59,696 bases of DNA from a virus. Its lineage: Duplodnaviria > Caudoviricetes. The notes below the pieces were generated by a model that saw only the letters and a list, made by a program, of their open reading frames with translations, did not search any database and was not told the DNA's origin. The translations under genes and the position numbers were made by a program. Of this stretch, positions 1-9,261 are shown piece after piece. The DNA is taken from positions 1 through 59,696 of IMG/VR virus record IMGVR_UViG_3300044831_000011. The stretch is one strand, 5' to 3'. The first letter of the stretch is position 1; every line of letters starts with the position of its first letter.

Positions 1-127
1 CCGCAATCTTTTTCTTGATTGAATTCGACTCCGCCCAGATGACATAGATAATCGCCAATATGCCCCAGAAGTCTTTGCGCGTGAAAAAGAAGGCCAACAT
101 GCATCCGGTGCCCGCTATGACAAGCGC
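1..127. repeat. Terminal direct repeat copy 1 (identical to 59570-59696); circular assembly overlap
   Basis: Exact 127-bp identity between the window ends; 127 is a common assembler k-mer size. Confidence 0.95.
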
Positions 128-181
128 CAATTCACACAATACATTGAATAACTCGGCTCGCTCTTTAAACCATTTAGCCAC
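1..181 (-). CDS. 5' part of a small membrane protein that continues across the circular junction into 59487-59696
   Basis: GTG at 181 with GGAGGG upstream; VAKWFKERAELFNVLCELALVIAGTGCMLAFFF continues in frame into ORF 59487..59669. Confidence 0.7.
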   Translation of the reverse strand, partial: MAKWFKERAELFNVLCELALVIAGTGCMLAFFFTRKDFWGILAIIYVIWAESNSIKKKIA

Positions 182-209
182 GTCTGCCCTCCAGTACCTT
201 CCCTGAAAC

Positions 210-2402
210 TCACTGCGCTGCAAATAATCCATCTGTGTTTACCATCTCTGCCGCCTTCAAATTGGCCGTGGCTTCTTTCCAGTACGATTCCTTGAGTTCA
301 CATCCTATGAATTGCCGCCCCATTTTCACTGCCTGATAGCCCTCAGAGCCGATGCCGGCATATGGAGAAAAAACCGTGTCTCCTTCATTCGTCCATAGCC
401 TGATGCCACGCTCGATCACTTCTAATTGCAGTGGGCAGATATGGCGTTCGTCTTCATCCTCGCGCGCGCCCTCTTTGTTGAGCGTGTTCGATGGGTTGAT
501 GTCCATCCACACTGGCGAGGCGTAACGCTGCCATACCTGCACCGGAAAAGATTCGTTTGTGTTCGTCACGCGCTCAAGGTTTTCTCCCGGCTTGCGCATT
601 GTCACCAGATAATCTGGTATCCCCTGCCGACTCATACACGCGTCTTTCTTGAGTTGTTTGTGTAGTAGGCCGAGGGCTTTTGTCCGCTGCATTGCCGTAA
701 CCGGGTCTTTCCAAATACAGACTTCAGAATGGAAGATGAATCCTACCTCTTTGAAAATACGGATAAGTTCGCCGCGAAAATCACTAATACCGATCACGCC
801 ATCCCGCTCTTTTGATGTAGGCAGGTTCATGCAATGAAAACTCATCAATCGCCCAGGCTTAAGGATGCGCAGCAATTCAGGCGCGAGAAAACGGAAGTGC
901 TCAAAGAACTCCGCATGGGTCCGGCAGTTGCCCATGTCCCTCTCACTCGCTGAATAGGTGTAAAGACTGGCAAATGGTGGAGAGAAAATATGGTAATGCA
1001 CTGAGTCTGTGCGCAGGTCTTTGATTTTCTCAACCGTATCCGCGCAATGCAGTGTCCATGTTCGGCCAGCGGACATGCGGGGAATGTAGATGTCGCCTTT
1101 TCTGCCGTGGCCGTGAATTTCTGCCTGATTCAAATCGTGCATGTTGTTGACCATCTCCTCTGCCATTTTCTTTGCGTCCGATTCTTTGCGTTTGATATTG
1201 GCGACTACTTCACCCTCACCTGTGCTGGTTACGATGTAGCAGTCAACCGGCGACTTCTGACCAAATCGCCAGCAGCGCCGAATCGCCTGATAGAACTGCT
1301 CATAAGAGTCCGAGAGGCCAAGAAAAACCACGTTGTGACACGATTGAAAGTTCAAACCAAAACCACAAATTGAAGGCTTGGACACCAGCACGCGAATATT
1401 TCCAGTGGCGAAATCCAGCATGGCCTTTTCCTTGAAGTCTGAAGAATCCGAACCGCAAACCTCAACCGCGCCCGGTATCAGCTTCGCCGCTGCATTCGAT
1501 TCACTATTAAGGTTTGTCCATATCAGCCATTGCTCGTCCGGCTTCGTGGCGGCGATTCTGGCGACCTCCGCAGCCCGTTCGTCGGTACTGCCTGACCGCG
1601 CTCTCTGGCGCTCTTGTAGCGTCACGGCAGGCAGGGCAAACAATGCTCCCTCTGGTGCGCGCTCAACTTCTACGGTGCGTTCGTGAATGGTCAACTCAGG
1701 CAGGATGAAACCGGCATCGTCATACCCCAAATCGGAGGGCTTGCGAATCATCACAGCCCAGGAGCAAACCCACTTCCAGAAATCTTTTTGAGCGTGGCCT
1801 TTGAGTCGCCATTTGGAAGTGTCCCCGCCATCATGCACAAAGAACGTGCTCAACATCTCAGTCCGCGACAGGTTCCCTAAAAACTCTGAGTGATTGCCAA
1901 GTTCCATGTAATCGTTTGGCGAGGGGGTTGCCGTGCATTCCAGCTTGTATTCTGTCGCATGGAAATCTTCAATGATGGCGTTTTTGAATTTACCTTCAAA
2001 CGATTTCAGGATGCTGGATTCATCCAGCACTATGCCGGCGTAATCCGATGGCCGGAAGTGGTCAAGCATCTCGTAATTGGCGATCGTGATTTGAGCGTCA
2101 ACCGACTGGCGCGCATAAACCACTTCAATCCCAAGTTTCTTACCTTCGCGCACGGTCTGCGGAGCTACAGCCAATGGAGCAAGTATCAGCACCTTGCCGG
2201 GTATCTGCCGCGCCCATTCAAGCTGCATAAAGCTCTTGCCCAGCCCACAGTCGGCAAAGATAGCGGCGCGCCCTTTCCGCAAGCACCAGCGAACAATATC
2301 CCGCTGCACATCAAACAGAATCGGATTTATTGGCCCAGGTTCAAGGCCACTGGTTACAACGTGAATCTGCTTTGAGTCTAGGAATTGCTGATATGTGCTC
2401 AT
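210..2402 (-). CDS. SNF2/DEAD-like helicase fused to an N4-C/N6-A DNA methyltransferase
   Basis: Helicase motifs DCGLGKS, LDESS, TATP, QAIRRCWRFGQ; C-terminal FSPPF catalytic and FSPYAGIGS SAM-binding motifs; start MSTYQQF overlaps the upstream stop (ATGA). Confidence 0.9.
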   Translation of the reverse strand: MSTYQQFLDSKQIHVVTSGLEPGPINPILFDVQRDIVRWCLRKGRAAIFADCGLGKSFMQLEWARQIPGKVLILAPLAVAPQTVREGKKLGIEVVYARQSVDAQITIANYEMLDHFRPSDYAGIVLDESSILKSFEGKFKNAIIEDFHATEYKLECTATPSPNDYMELGNHSEFLGNLSRTEMLSTFFVHDGGDTSKWRLKGHAQKDFWKWVCSWAVMIRKPSDLGYDDAGFILPELTIHERTVEVERAPEGALFALPAVTLQERQRARSGSTDERAAEVARIAATKPDEQWLIWTNLNSESNAAAKLIPGAVEVCGSDSSDFKEKAMLDFATGNIRVLVSKPSICGFGLNFQSCHNVVFLGLSDSYEQFYQAIRRCWRFGQKSPVDCYIVTSTGEGEVVANIKRKESDAKKMAEEMVNNMHDLNQAEIHGHGRKGDIYIPRMSAGRTWTLHCADTVEKIKDLRTDSVHYHIFSPPFASLYTYSASERDMGNCRTHAEFFEHFRFLAPELLRILKPGRLMSFHCMNLPTSKERDGVIGISDFRGELIRIFKEVGFIFHSEVCIWKDPVTAMQRTKALGLLHKQLKKDACMSRQGIPDYLVTMRKPGENLERVTNTNESFPVQVWQRYASPVWMDINPSNTLNKEGAREDEDERHICPLQLEVIERGIRLWTNEGDTVFSPYAGIGSEGYQAVKMGRQFIGCELKESYWKEATANLKAAEMVNTDGLFAAQ

Positions 2403-2695
2403 CTGCTCGATTTCTCCCGCCCTGTTTCCAGTACCTTCCCGCTTGTACTGCTGACCCACCAGCTACTTTTTCCGCAGGCCACATGCCACCACTGACTTCG
2501 CAAAAAGTAGGCCGCAACTTCACAATCAACCATGCTCACGCCCTTTTTCCGCAGAGCATGTTGAACTACTTCGTAACCTGTAATCATTGGCTGCAAACTG
2601 TCGCTCCAATCGTTGTTTGTCTCTGAAAATCCATACTTCCGCAACATCTTTACTGATGCTATCCATAGCGGCGTTTCTAGGTTTATGGGCCTCAA
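2399..2695 (-). CDS. Hypothetical protein
   Basis: Translationally coupled at both ends. Confidence 0.55.
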   Translation of the reverse strand: MRPINLETPLWIASVKMLRKYGFSETNNDWSDSLQPMITGYEVVQHALRKKGVSMVDCEVAAYFLRSQWWHVACGKSSWWVSSTSGKVLETGREKSSR

Positions 2696-4347
2696 TGCGT
2701 AATCAGCTGTGCAGCCTTATTTGCCGGCCGCTGGGTCGTCTGCGTGTAGTTCTGTTGCACGGATAGTTGCGCGATTTCTGATCCTTTTTCCGCAATGATC
2801 CGGTAATACACAGGTGCCGGCGGCTGCTCTGCCTTCGTCTCAAATTCCATCTTCCGTACGCCCATTTCCTGATCTACCACACTGATACCTACGGCCCACT
2901 CAACCCAGCCACTGATTGCGCTTGAGCCGCGAATACGCTTAATTAAGCTGCCTTCGCTGGCCTTGCTGAAGTGATGGACCAGCCCGATTTGACAGCCCAC
3001 TTCTGCCGATATTTCATTGATTTTTTGCAGGATGTTCCGCATCTCCTGGTTGTCGTTTTCATCCGCTGAGTGCAGCACGTTCAAAACGTCCAGCACGCAA
3101 AACTGAATACGCCGGTCTTTCAATTCAGAAATCATTTCGCGGTGAAGCTCATCCACATCGAGCCGGTAATCTGGTGACTGCGTTTTGGTATTGATCCACA
3201 GGTTATTCACAACCAACTCCTTAGCTCCTGTTGTCTTGCCGCGGAGCAAGTGGCCTATGCGCCATGCAGTGAGCCCTGGCGTATCCTCGCGCGAGATAAT
3301 GGCCGTCCTGATTGGTTTGGGCACGCGGAAGTCCAACCAGTCAGCGCCGATGGCCAGCGATATTGCCAAGTCAACTGCTGCCCAGCTCTTTCCTGCTTTC
3401 GGGTCCGCGGCGAACATCCCGTTCGCGCCGGCCTGGATTACGCCCTCCACCAGCCAGTCAATCTGCTCCGGAATCGTGCGCACAAACTCTATTGCCGGCA
3501 CCAGCAAGTGATTCAGGGATTCAGCCGGCTTCCACCGCGGCGCCGCCTTGATCCGCTCAACCAGTTGGTCGGGAGTGTGAGTTTTCAGGAAGTCAGACAC
3601 GTCGCCATGGTCCGGCAGTTCAGGAAAGTGAACAACCTTCACGCCCAGCGCATACGGGTAAACCGATGCTGCCACCGTCTCAGCATGCTTGCGGCCTACT
3701 TCGTCATTATCCGAAAAAATCACTACTCGCTTTCCGGCGAAGTAAACCGATTCCGCATCTTTCCACTTTCCAGCGCCGTCAAAGTTCGTTGTTCCGGCAA
3801 TGAACGCAGCGTTTACCCCAGCAACGGATTTCAGAGCCCTGGCAGCGTTGTCCGCGTCTTTCTCGCCCTCTGCCACCACAATCTCATTTGCCACCAGAAC
3901 GGAAAGCAGGTTGTACAGCGGCTTGCGCGTGATCCCATCCAGCTTGTAAATCCAGCCGCCTTTGCCATCTGGCCGACGCTGGCTGAACCGCTTGCCAGGG
4001 AACCGCTGCTTTTCAAAGGCCAGCTTGCCTGAAGCGTCGAAGTATTGAAACGTGGCCTCTGCCTTTTGGCCGGGAATGTATTGCTGCTTTGCGCCGCTCA
4101 GATCCGCGATGTTCGCCCATGCGGTTTCCACGTCACAGCCGGAAAACTTTCGCTCGAAATCCAGAACCCCACCATTACCGCAGCCGGCATGACAATTCCA
4201 AACGCCCTTTTCCAGATTGATCGAGAGCGATGGCAAATTGTCATCATGGAAAACGCAGCGGACCGCCATGCTTACTTTGCCAGTAAAGCGTCCGTTCGGA
4301 ATCCTCGCCTCAAAGTACCGTGCTACTTCATCCCGCGAAAGTTTCAT
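2692..4347 (-). CDS. Primase-helicase (CHC2 zinc finger, TOPRIM, RecA-like AAA domain)
   Basis: CVFHDD...CHAGC; EGEKDA and DNDEVG TOPRIM motifs; ADPKAGKS Walker A, VLDVL, LVHH, RGSSA. Confidence 0.9.
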   Translation of the reverse strand: MKLSRDEVARYFEARIPNGRFTGKVSMAVRCVFHDDNLPSLSINLEKGVWNCHAGCGNGGVLDFERKFSGCDVETAWANIADLSGAKQQYIPGQKAEATFQYFDASGKLAFEKQRFPGKRFSQRRPDGKGGWIYKLDGITRKPLYNLLSVLVANEIVVAEGEKDADNAARALKSVAGVNAAFIAGTTNFDGAGKWKDAESVYFAGKRVVIFSDNDEVGRKHAETVAASVYPYALGVKVVHFPELPDHGDVSDFLKTHTPDQLVERIKAAPRWKPAESLNHLLVPAIEFVRTIPEQIDWLVEGVIQAGANGMFAADPKAGKSWAAVDLAISLAIGADWLDFRVPKPIRTAIISREDTPGLTAWRIGHLLRGKTTGAKELVVNNLWINTKTQSPDYRLDVDELHREMISELKDRRIQFCVLDVLNVLHSADENDNQEMRNILQKINEISAEVGCQIGLVHHFSKASEGSLIKRIRGSSAISGWVEWAVGISVVDQEMGVRKMEFETKAEQPPAPVYYRIIAEKGSEIAQLSVQQNYTQTTQRPANKAAQLITH

Positions 4348-4453
4348 GCTTCCCCCAGCCAGGAACAGACTCTAAAAATCTTGTTCGCCAGCCAAAACGA
4401 TCCCGCTATTCCACTCAGGCCCACTCGCACAACCGCCATTTTTACCGCCGATT

Positions 4454-5218
4454 TCACGTATTCCACCACTTCTCCATCTGCTCGTAACTTTTGAAAAGAT
4501 TGCTGATCCAGTCGCAATATTTCTTGCCTTTTCCCGCAGGGTCGCGGCCCATGTGCCAATCAGATCGCGCCAGATTGTCGATGGCCACCTGTAAAAGCTC
4601 CGCGGCTTTGTCGTAATCGCCTTTTGTCAGCTTCAGGCAATCTTTCAGGCGCGTGAGTGCCGCTTTACGGCGCTGATCGGTCAATCGGTAGGTGAGCCTG
4701 TTTCTTTCGGTGGCACAGCAATAATGCTCAAAAGCCGCTTCAATAATTGCGTTTTCTTTTTTGTGCTCAAGGTCGTAATCTGTCGGAGTTTTGATATCAA
4801 TAATCACCGGCGTAGCCGGTACATCCGGCGCTGGGGTATTTTGTGGTAAATCTTGCACCTTTTCTTTACTATCCTTACCTCTCCTTACCTCTCCTAATGG
4901 AGTATCTTGTTCATTCGTAAGGGCTAGAAACTCGCTGTTGATTAGCTGTTGTATCGCTGTTGTAGCGTTGTGGCGTTCCCGTGGTAGCACTGCTGTAGCT
5001 CTGACGATCCACTGTTGATCGTTAGGGAGGTTTCTGCCGTGTCTTCCACGAAGCCGGCAGATAGCGTCCAGCATGTACCGCTGCATCACTGTTAGCTGGC
5101 TGAAATATTGATCCCAATCCTTGTCCTTGTAGTCACGAATCCAAGGCAAGTTTTTGGTATCTTTGGGCTGATATTTTTCCCAATTTTTGATCGCCAGATA
5201 CTTGAAGGTTTCAGCCAT
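4454..5218 (-). CDS. Replication initiator-like protein (lambda O / replisome organiser type)
   Basis: N-terminal IKNWEKYQ...PWIR motif, internal tandem repeats, C-terminal helical domain; lies upstream of the primase-helicase. Confidence 0.65.
   Translation of the reverse strand: MAETFKYLAIKNWEKYQPKDTKNLPWIRDYKDKDWDQYFSQLTVMQRYMLDAICRLRGRHGRNLPNDQQWIVRATAVLPRERHNATTAIQQLINSEFLALTNEQDTPLGEVRRGKDSKEKVQDLPQNTPAPDVPATPVIIDIKTPTDYDLEHKKENAIIEAAFEHYCCATERNRLTYRLTDQRRKAALTRLKDCLKLTKGDYDKAAELLQVAIDNLARSDWHMGRDPAGKGKKYCDWISNLFKSYEQMEKWWNT
4861..5000. other. Putative replication origin inside the initiator gene
   Basis: GCTGTTG at 4934, 4945 and 4956 (11-bp period) with degenerate copies; adjacent CCTTACCTCT x2 at 4873-4892. 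Confidence 0.55.
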
Positions 5219-5423
5219 TTTGTACTGCCAACTCCTGAGGTTCCACGGTCAAGGTTTTGTCCCGCCGCACTCTCTCGGTCCGCTCTGCAATTAAGCCGAC
5301 CTGAGCAACCACAAGCGCCATATCTGCTGACTCTCCGTTTAGGTCGATGTAGTCGGCCAGATTCCGCGCTGCGGTCCCAATGTCTGAAATCTGCATTCGT
5401 ATTACTCCTGGTTCCCGTTCCAA
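5211..5423 (-). CDS. Hypothetical protein
   Basis: Operon position; overlaps the initiator start. Confidence 0.5.
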   Translation of the reverse strand: MEREPGVIRMQISDIGTAARNLADYIDLNGESADMALVVAQVGLIAERTERVRRDKTLTVEPQELAVQNG

Positions 5424-5480
5424 AATGAAATCGCTTGGGTTTACAGGTTCGTGCCCTGTGGTTCGCTTTCTTCTGGGGCC

Positions 5481-6059
5481 CTACCCACCGTCACCGCTTC
5501 CTGTGGTTGCTCCGCCGGGTGAGCTCTCTTCTCCAAATGCTCTACACGGCATTAGCAGCCCGATTGAATCCTTCGCTGCGCTGGGCCGAACCACAATGGC
5601 CTGATCCGGGCCAGCGATATGAAGGTGAACAATCATTGACTCTTCTGTGAGCGCCATCGCCAGCTTGTAGAGCAATTCGGCATTCAGCGCGACAGTGAAG
5701 GGCGGGATTTTCTTGGGGATAATTTTTTCGTACTCAGGGAATACGCCTTTCACTGAATCAAACGTGGCGCTTTGCAGTCCTTCCACGCTGAAAGTGATTG
5801 TGTCTTGCTCCTGAAGAATGGCCAGCTCGGTCTTGCGCTTCTTTGCCTTCTTTGCCAGCTTTCGCGCTTCCTTGAAGGCATCGGTAGGTATAACTCCGCC
5901 CACGTCAGCATCTTCAACTTCGTGCGGGATAATTGCCAACATGTGGCCGTCCGTCGCCACAAGGCGCTTTTTGCTGATGTCATACAAGACACCGTTAAGG
6001 GTGTAGCGAGATTCTTCCTCGCTGGTAGCCATTTCAATTCTGCATAGAGGTAACTTCAA
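5481..6059 (-). CDS. Truncated DNA polymerase III beta-clamp-like protein
   Basis: SRYTLNGV, VATDGHMLA, FPEYEKIIP and terminal LLMP match DnaN motifs; only 192 aa. Confidence 0.75.
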   Translation of the reverse strand: MKLPLCRIEMATSEEESRYTLNGVLYDISKKRLVATDGHMLAIIPHEVEDADVGGVIPTDAFKEARKLAKKAKKRKTELAILQEQDTITFSVEGLQSATFDSVKGVFPEYEKIIPKKIPPFTVALNAELLYKLAMALTEESMIVHLHIAGPDQAIVVRPSAAKDSIGLLMPCRAFGEESSPGGATTGSGDGG

Positions 6060-6105
6060 ATTTGTTTCTCCTTCTTCACTTCGTTCTGAAACCCGCCCCC
6101 AAAAC

Positions 6106-6381
6106 TCAAGCGGCTAGATTTTGCTCACAAACTTTCGAGAGCCTGTGGGCCTGATGATGTTCTGGACAATGCCAGAGGTCACATTTAACGCACCTGATTG
6201 CGTGCATCAAACTTTCTTCGCCGCAAATCCACTTCTCACATTTCGAGCACTGAATAAGCGCCAGAATCGTGCAGCGGCGAAAGCTCGATGGTTCGCCGTC
6301 ATCCCCTGGTATCTCTACTTTCATCTGGCAGGGATGATCGACTGCGTTCTTTCCGGCCTGTTCTATTTCTTCCGCGATCAT
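6106..6381 (-). CDS. Cys/His-rich zinc-finger protein
   Basis: CxxC...C, CxxC...CxxH pattern. Confidence 0.6.
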   Translation of the reverse strand: MIAEEIEQAGKNAVDHPCQMKVEIPGDDGEPSSFRRCTILALIQCSKCEKWICGEESLMHAIRCVKCDLWHCPEHHQAHRLSKVCEQNLAA

Positions 6382-6383
6382 GG

Positions 6384-6908
6384 CTATTTGATCCTCAAGA
6401 ATCGAGTTCCGGGGTTTTCAATCACATCCACGCACTCAGGCATTGGCTTGCCGATTTTGAGCGCCTCTTTCATGGCGAGTTTGTCCATCTCTGGATCTCG
6501 TGCGCGCACAAACTCTGGCGCTTGAGCCGCGAGAGAGAAAATGTCCGTGCCCGGCTTGAGCTGAAAGGCGGTTGTGACTGCAGAAGTTTGGCCCCAAACT
6601 GTAAATTTGGTTGTCTTGAGTTTTCCCGCGAAGGCCTTGTCCACGGCGTAAAGCATCAACCCTTTAAGCCGGTCCGCGCCCTTTTCTAGTCCGTTGGCGC
6701 GATCGATCAGGCGCTTAGCTTCCGCCCTGCATACAGCGGCATCGTCTTCCAAAGACTTGACCACAATGCAGGAAGATTCGATTTTGTCTTTGCCGTCCGC
6801 CATGAAAACGGCAATGCGTTCTTCGATCTCCGGGGTTAACTCGCCATAGGTTTCAGCGAGAATGGATTCGATCTCAGTTGCCTCTAATGGAATGTCGTAA
6901 AGTTTCAT
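6384..6908 (-). CDS. Siphovirus Gp157-family protein
   Basis: MKLYDI start, coiled coil, DKLAMKEALKIG, LRIK end; adjacent to ERF. Confidence 0.8.
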   Translation of the reverse strand: MKLYDIPLEATEIESILAETYGELTPEIEERIAVFMADGKDKIESSCIVVKSLEDDAAVCRAEAKRLIDRANGLEKGADRLKGLMLYAVDKAFAGKLKTTKFTVWGQTSAVTTAFQLKPGTDIFSLAAQAPEFVRARDPEMDKLAMKEALKIGKPMPECVDVIENPGTRFLRIK

Positions 6909-7630
6909 GCGTTCCCCCGCGCCCAAGCGATAGCGGCTTCAAACTGCTTGCGCTGCATTTCCTCGGTCTTCTCTATCCCGATTGAGCCGAAGTAGTTGAG
7001 GACTTCATCTTTCGATTTGTTGCCCTCATTGACCGCATTCCAGAACATGGTTCGCTGGGTTGAAGTCACAAGGTCAGATACGGGCTGGGGCCGCGTAGGC
7101 CGGTTTATGCTCTGCTGAGGCCGCATGTTCATGGCTTCGCGTCCGGTCACAGCCGCATTGCCGTCATCGTCGTCTTCTCCGGCGATGTTGAGCATGGCTT
7201 GATAGGAATACCGTCTGCCATACGTAATCGCGCTACCGGCGGTCTGAGAATCAAACCTCTGTGCAGTCCCAGCCGGCAGCGTCAGATCGTTTTCAAACCA
7301 TTCGCCAGAGCCGTGCGCAATCATGGTCGTAACCGTGGCACCATGCTCATTGCTGGAAGGTGACTGGATTACCACCAGATCGTTATCACTGAGAGCCTCA
7401 TACGTGGCATCGATCAGCGCGGAAATGTCCGCATACTTCGATTTGTAGTGCGGGTTGACTGAATCTTTTTTTACCGGCTTGAATTTCTTCCGGGCTGCTG
7501 CCATCGCTTTGGCAATCTGGCCAATTGCACTTGACCGGCGCAACGGGCTAGACACAATGACCGGCTCAGGTTCGCGGCCAACAAAATCTTCCACGTCTCT
7601 ATCAGTGATTTCCAAACTATTGGTTGCCAT
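6905..7630 (-). CDS. erf: ERF-family single-strand annealing protein
   Basis: KDSVNPHYKSKYADI, HGSGEW, GSAITYGRRYS...EDDDDGN. Confidence 0.9.
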   Translation of the reverse strand: MATNSLEITDRDVEDFVGREPEPVIVSSPLRRSSAIGQIAKAMAAARKKFKPVKKDSVNPHYKSKYADISALIDATYEALSDNDLVVIQSPSSNEHGATVTTMIAHGSGEWFENDLTLPAGTAQRFDSQTAGSAITYGRRYSYQAMLNIAGEDDDDGNAAVTGREAMNMRPQQSINRPTRPQPVSDLVTSTQRTMFWNAVNEGNKSKDEVLNYFGSIGIEKTEEMQRKQFEAAIAWARGNA

Positions 7631-7679
7631 AGGGGTTAGCCTCTTTCCTTTCCGTCCTCTAAAAAGCCTTAGTCCGCAC

Positions 7680-8012
7680 TTAAACTTTGAATTTCGCCAT
7701 GATTACAGCGCGGGATTTTTCGAGTGATTTAATCTTGAGCAGTGCTCCCTCGAAATTGCCAAGGATGAGCATTTCCCGAACGGGATTGAATTGCTTGCTG
7801 AAATTATTGGCAGCGGTGCTGGCTTTTCTATCGACCATCTTTTCCCATTGATCGACAGTCTTTTTGGCAGCCCGGATGTTGGCTGGCATGTTGAGTTTTT
7901 CTGATCTCCGAATGTCATACGAAGACAAGGACAGTTCGCAGATACGCTGCTCAATAAACTTCTTGGCTTCGCGTCTCTCTTGATAGGTTGAAGGGTTTGA
8001 CATATCTCTCAC
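7680..8012 (-). CDS. Hypothetical protein
   Basis: ORF in operon orientation with upstream SD. Confidence 0.55.
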   Translation of the reverse strand: MRDMSNPSTYQERREAKKFIEQRICELSLSSYDIRRSEKLNMPANIRAAKKTVDQWEKMVDRKASTAANNFSKQFNPVREMLILGNFEGALLKIKSLEKSRAVIMAKFKV

Positions 8013-8037
8013 TTTCCTTTCACTCGCCGGATTACTA

Positions 8038-8220
8038 TCACGCGGTTACTTTTGGTTTACGCACGTAAACGCGCTTCTTGGGCTGCTCTGGCGTGTCATC
8101 GCCGATCAGAGTCAACAGTGTTTGGCTGAGGGCAGTGTCAAACTTTCCGACTTCGGACTCATCAGCTCCGCTCACGAAGTTGCCCCGTAGCGTTGTCAGA
8201 ACTTCTTTCAGATTCGCCAT
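8038..8220 (-). CDS. Hypothetical protein
   Basis: ORF with GGGAG upstream. Confidence 0.55.
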   Translation of the reverse strand: MANLKEVLTTLRGNFVSGADESEVGKFDTALSQTLLTLIGDDTPEQPKKRVYVRKPKVTA

Positions 8221-8256
8221 ATTCTTTTTCTCCCTGCAAGATTTGAACTTCTACAT

Positions 8257-8529
8257 TTAGCGCAGCTTTGTGGCTTCTACTTTGGCCAGCCGTCGATCAA
8301 TCCGCTTCAGCATTATTCTTGTCTGCTCCGTGTTGTATTGAATGCTCTGAATCATTGAGCGCACGTCACACTGGAGCATCTGAGAATTCTTGATATCAAT
8401 CAGCACGTTGCGGACAGACTCCAGCATTTCCAGATTTTGAGCCGCTGTATCCTGGGTTTCTCCGTAAGCCCAAGTTGGCAAATACTGACTATCTTTCCCG
8501 TTTCTGCGCCGCGTTATTTCTCCAGCCAT
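8257..8529 (-). CDS. Hypothetical coiled-coil protein
   Basis: Coupled to the upstream stop; GGAGG SD. Confidence 0.6.
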   Translation of the reverse strand: MAGEITRRRNGKDSQYLPTWAYGETQDTAAQNLEMLESVRNVLIDIKNSQMLQCDVRSMIQSIQYNTEQTRIMLKRIDRRLAKVEATKLR

Positions 8530-8738
8530 TACTTTCCTCCCAGATATTCGTTAACTGCCTTGATGACGCACTCTTGACCACATAAATGTTTCCCGAACCT
8601 GACGAGCCGTTTCACTGTCTTTTCATTCCAGCGATGAATGCGGAACTCGGTAAGTGTCTTGCTCATTAGCCACCAATGATTGACATCACCCTTCTTCTTG
8701 CCGCAGATGTCGCAATTTATTTGCTCAGTCCAACTCAC
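8529..8738 (-). CDS. Small zinc-binding protein (CDICG...NHWW...HLCGQEC)
   Basis: Motif recalled from Acidobacteria hypothetical proteins; GTG start with GAGG upstream. Confidence 0.6.
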   Translation of the reverse strand: MSWTEQINCDICGKKKGDVNHWWLMSKTLTEFRIHRWNEKTVKRLVRFGKHLCGQECVIKAVNEYLGGK

Positions 8739-8853
8739 CAGAAGAACCTCGCCACCCGATAGCAGAAGTAGCCCACGCCCCAAAAGAAAGCGCCCCAGAT
8801 CCAGCCAATCACCACGCCACGCATCGGCCCCGCTTCCCGTTCTGATTCCCACA

Positions 8854-9081
8854 TCAACATGTGGCTACCTGCTTCCGGCGCTTTCGATTATTTGCCCTCG
8901 CCGCCGCTGCCCAAAAGTTAGCGTCGAACTCTTGGCGGCAATCTTCACTGCACACAATCTTTTTGACCTTGCCATTCTTTTCCGAAACGAGTGCTTCACT
9001 GCCAATCGGAATAACTGCATGGCACTCGCTACAGCGAACCTTTTTGGCGTAAACCTTGGGCTCAAAATCGCTTCCAATCAC
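8854..9081 (-). CDS. Small zinc-finger protein
   Basis: CSEC...CSEDC. Confidence 0.6.
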   Translation of the reverse strand: MIGSDFEPKVYAKKVRCSECHAVIPIGSEALVSEKNGKVKKIVCSEDCRQEFDANFWAAAARANNRKRRKQVATC

Positions 9082-9261
9082 CCTCTCACCTCGTATCTGT
9101 CAGTTCCGGGCCCGTTATCTGTCTTGTTTTCCGCAGTTCGCGCATACATAGGCGTGCACAATCTTCTTGTCTTCCGGGTCGCGCTTCATCCATTTGGGGT
9201 TAGGCTTGGCGCAGCAATTCATCACTGGCCGCATCTGTGACGTATAAGGAATAATTTGCAA

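Noticed and set aside
1-127. Biological terminal repeat
   Set aside because: The length equals a common assembler k-mer and the repeat falls mid-gene, so it indicates circular assembly only.
3250-4032. Long antisense or alternative-frame ORFs (also 10978-11613, 14064-14777, 16035-16706, 55160-56083)
   Set aside because: They shadow well-supported genes and show no recognisable motifs.
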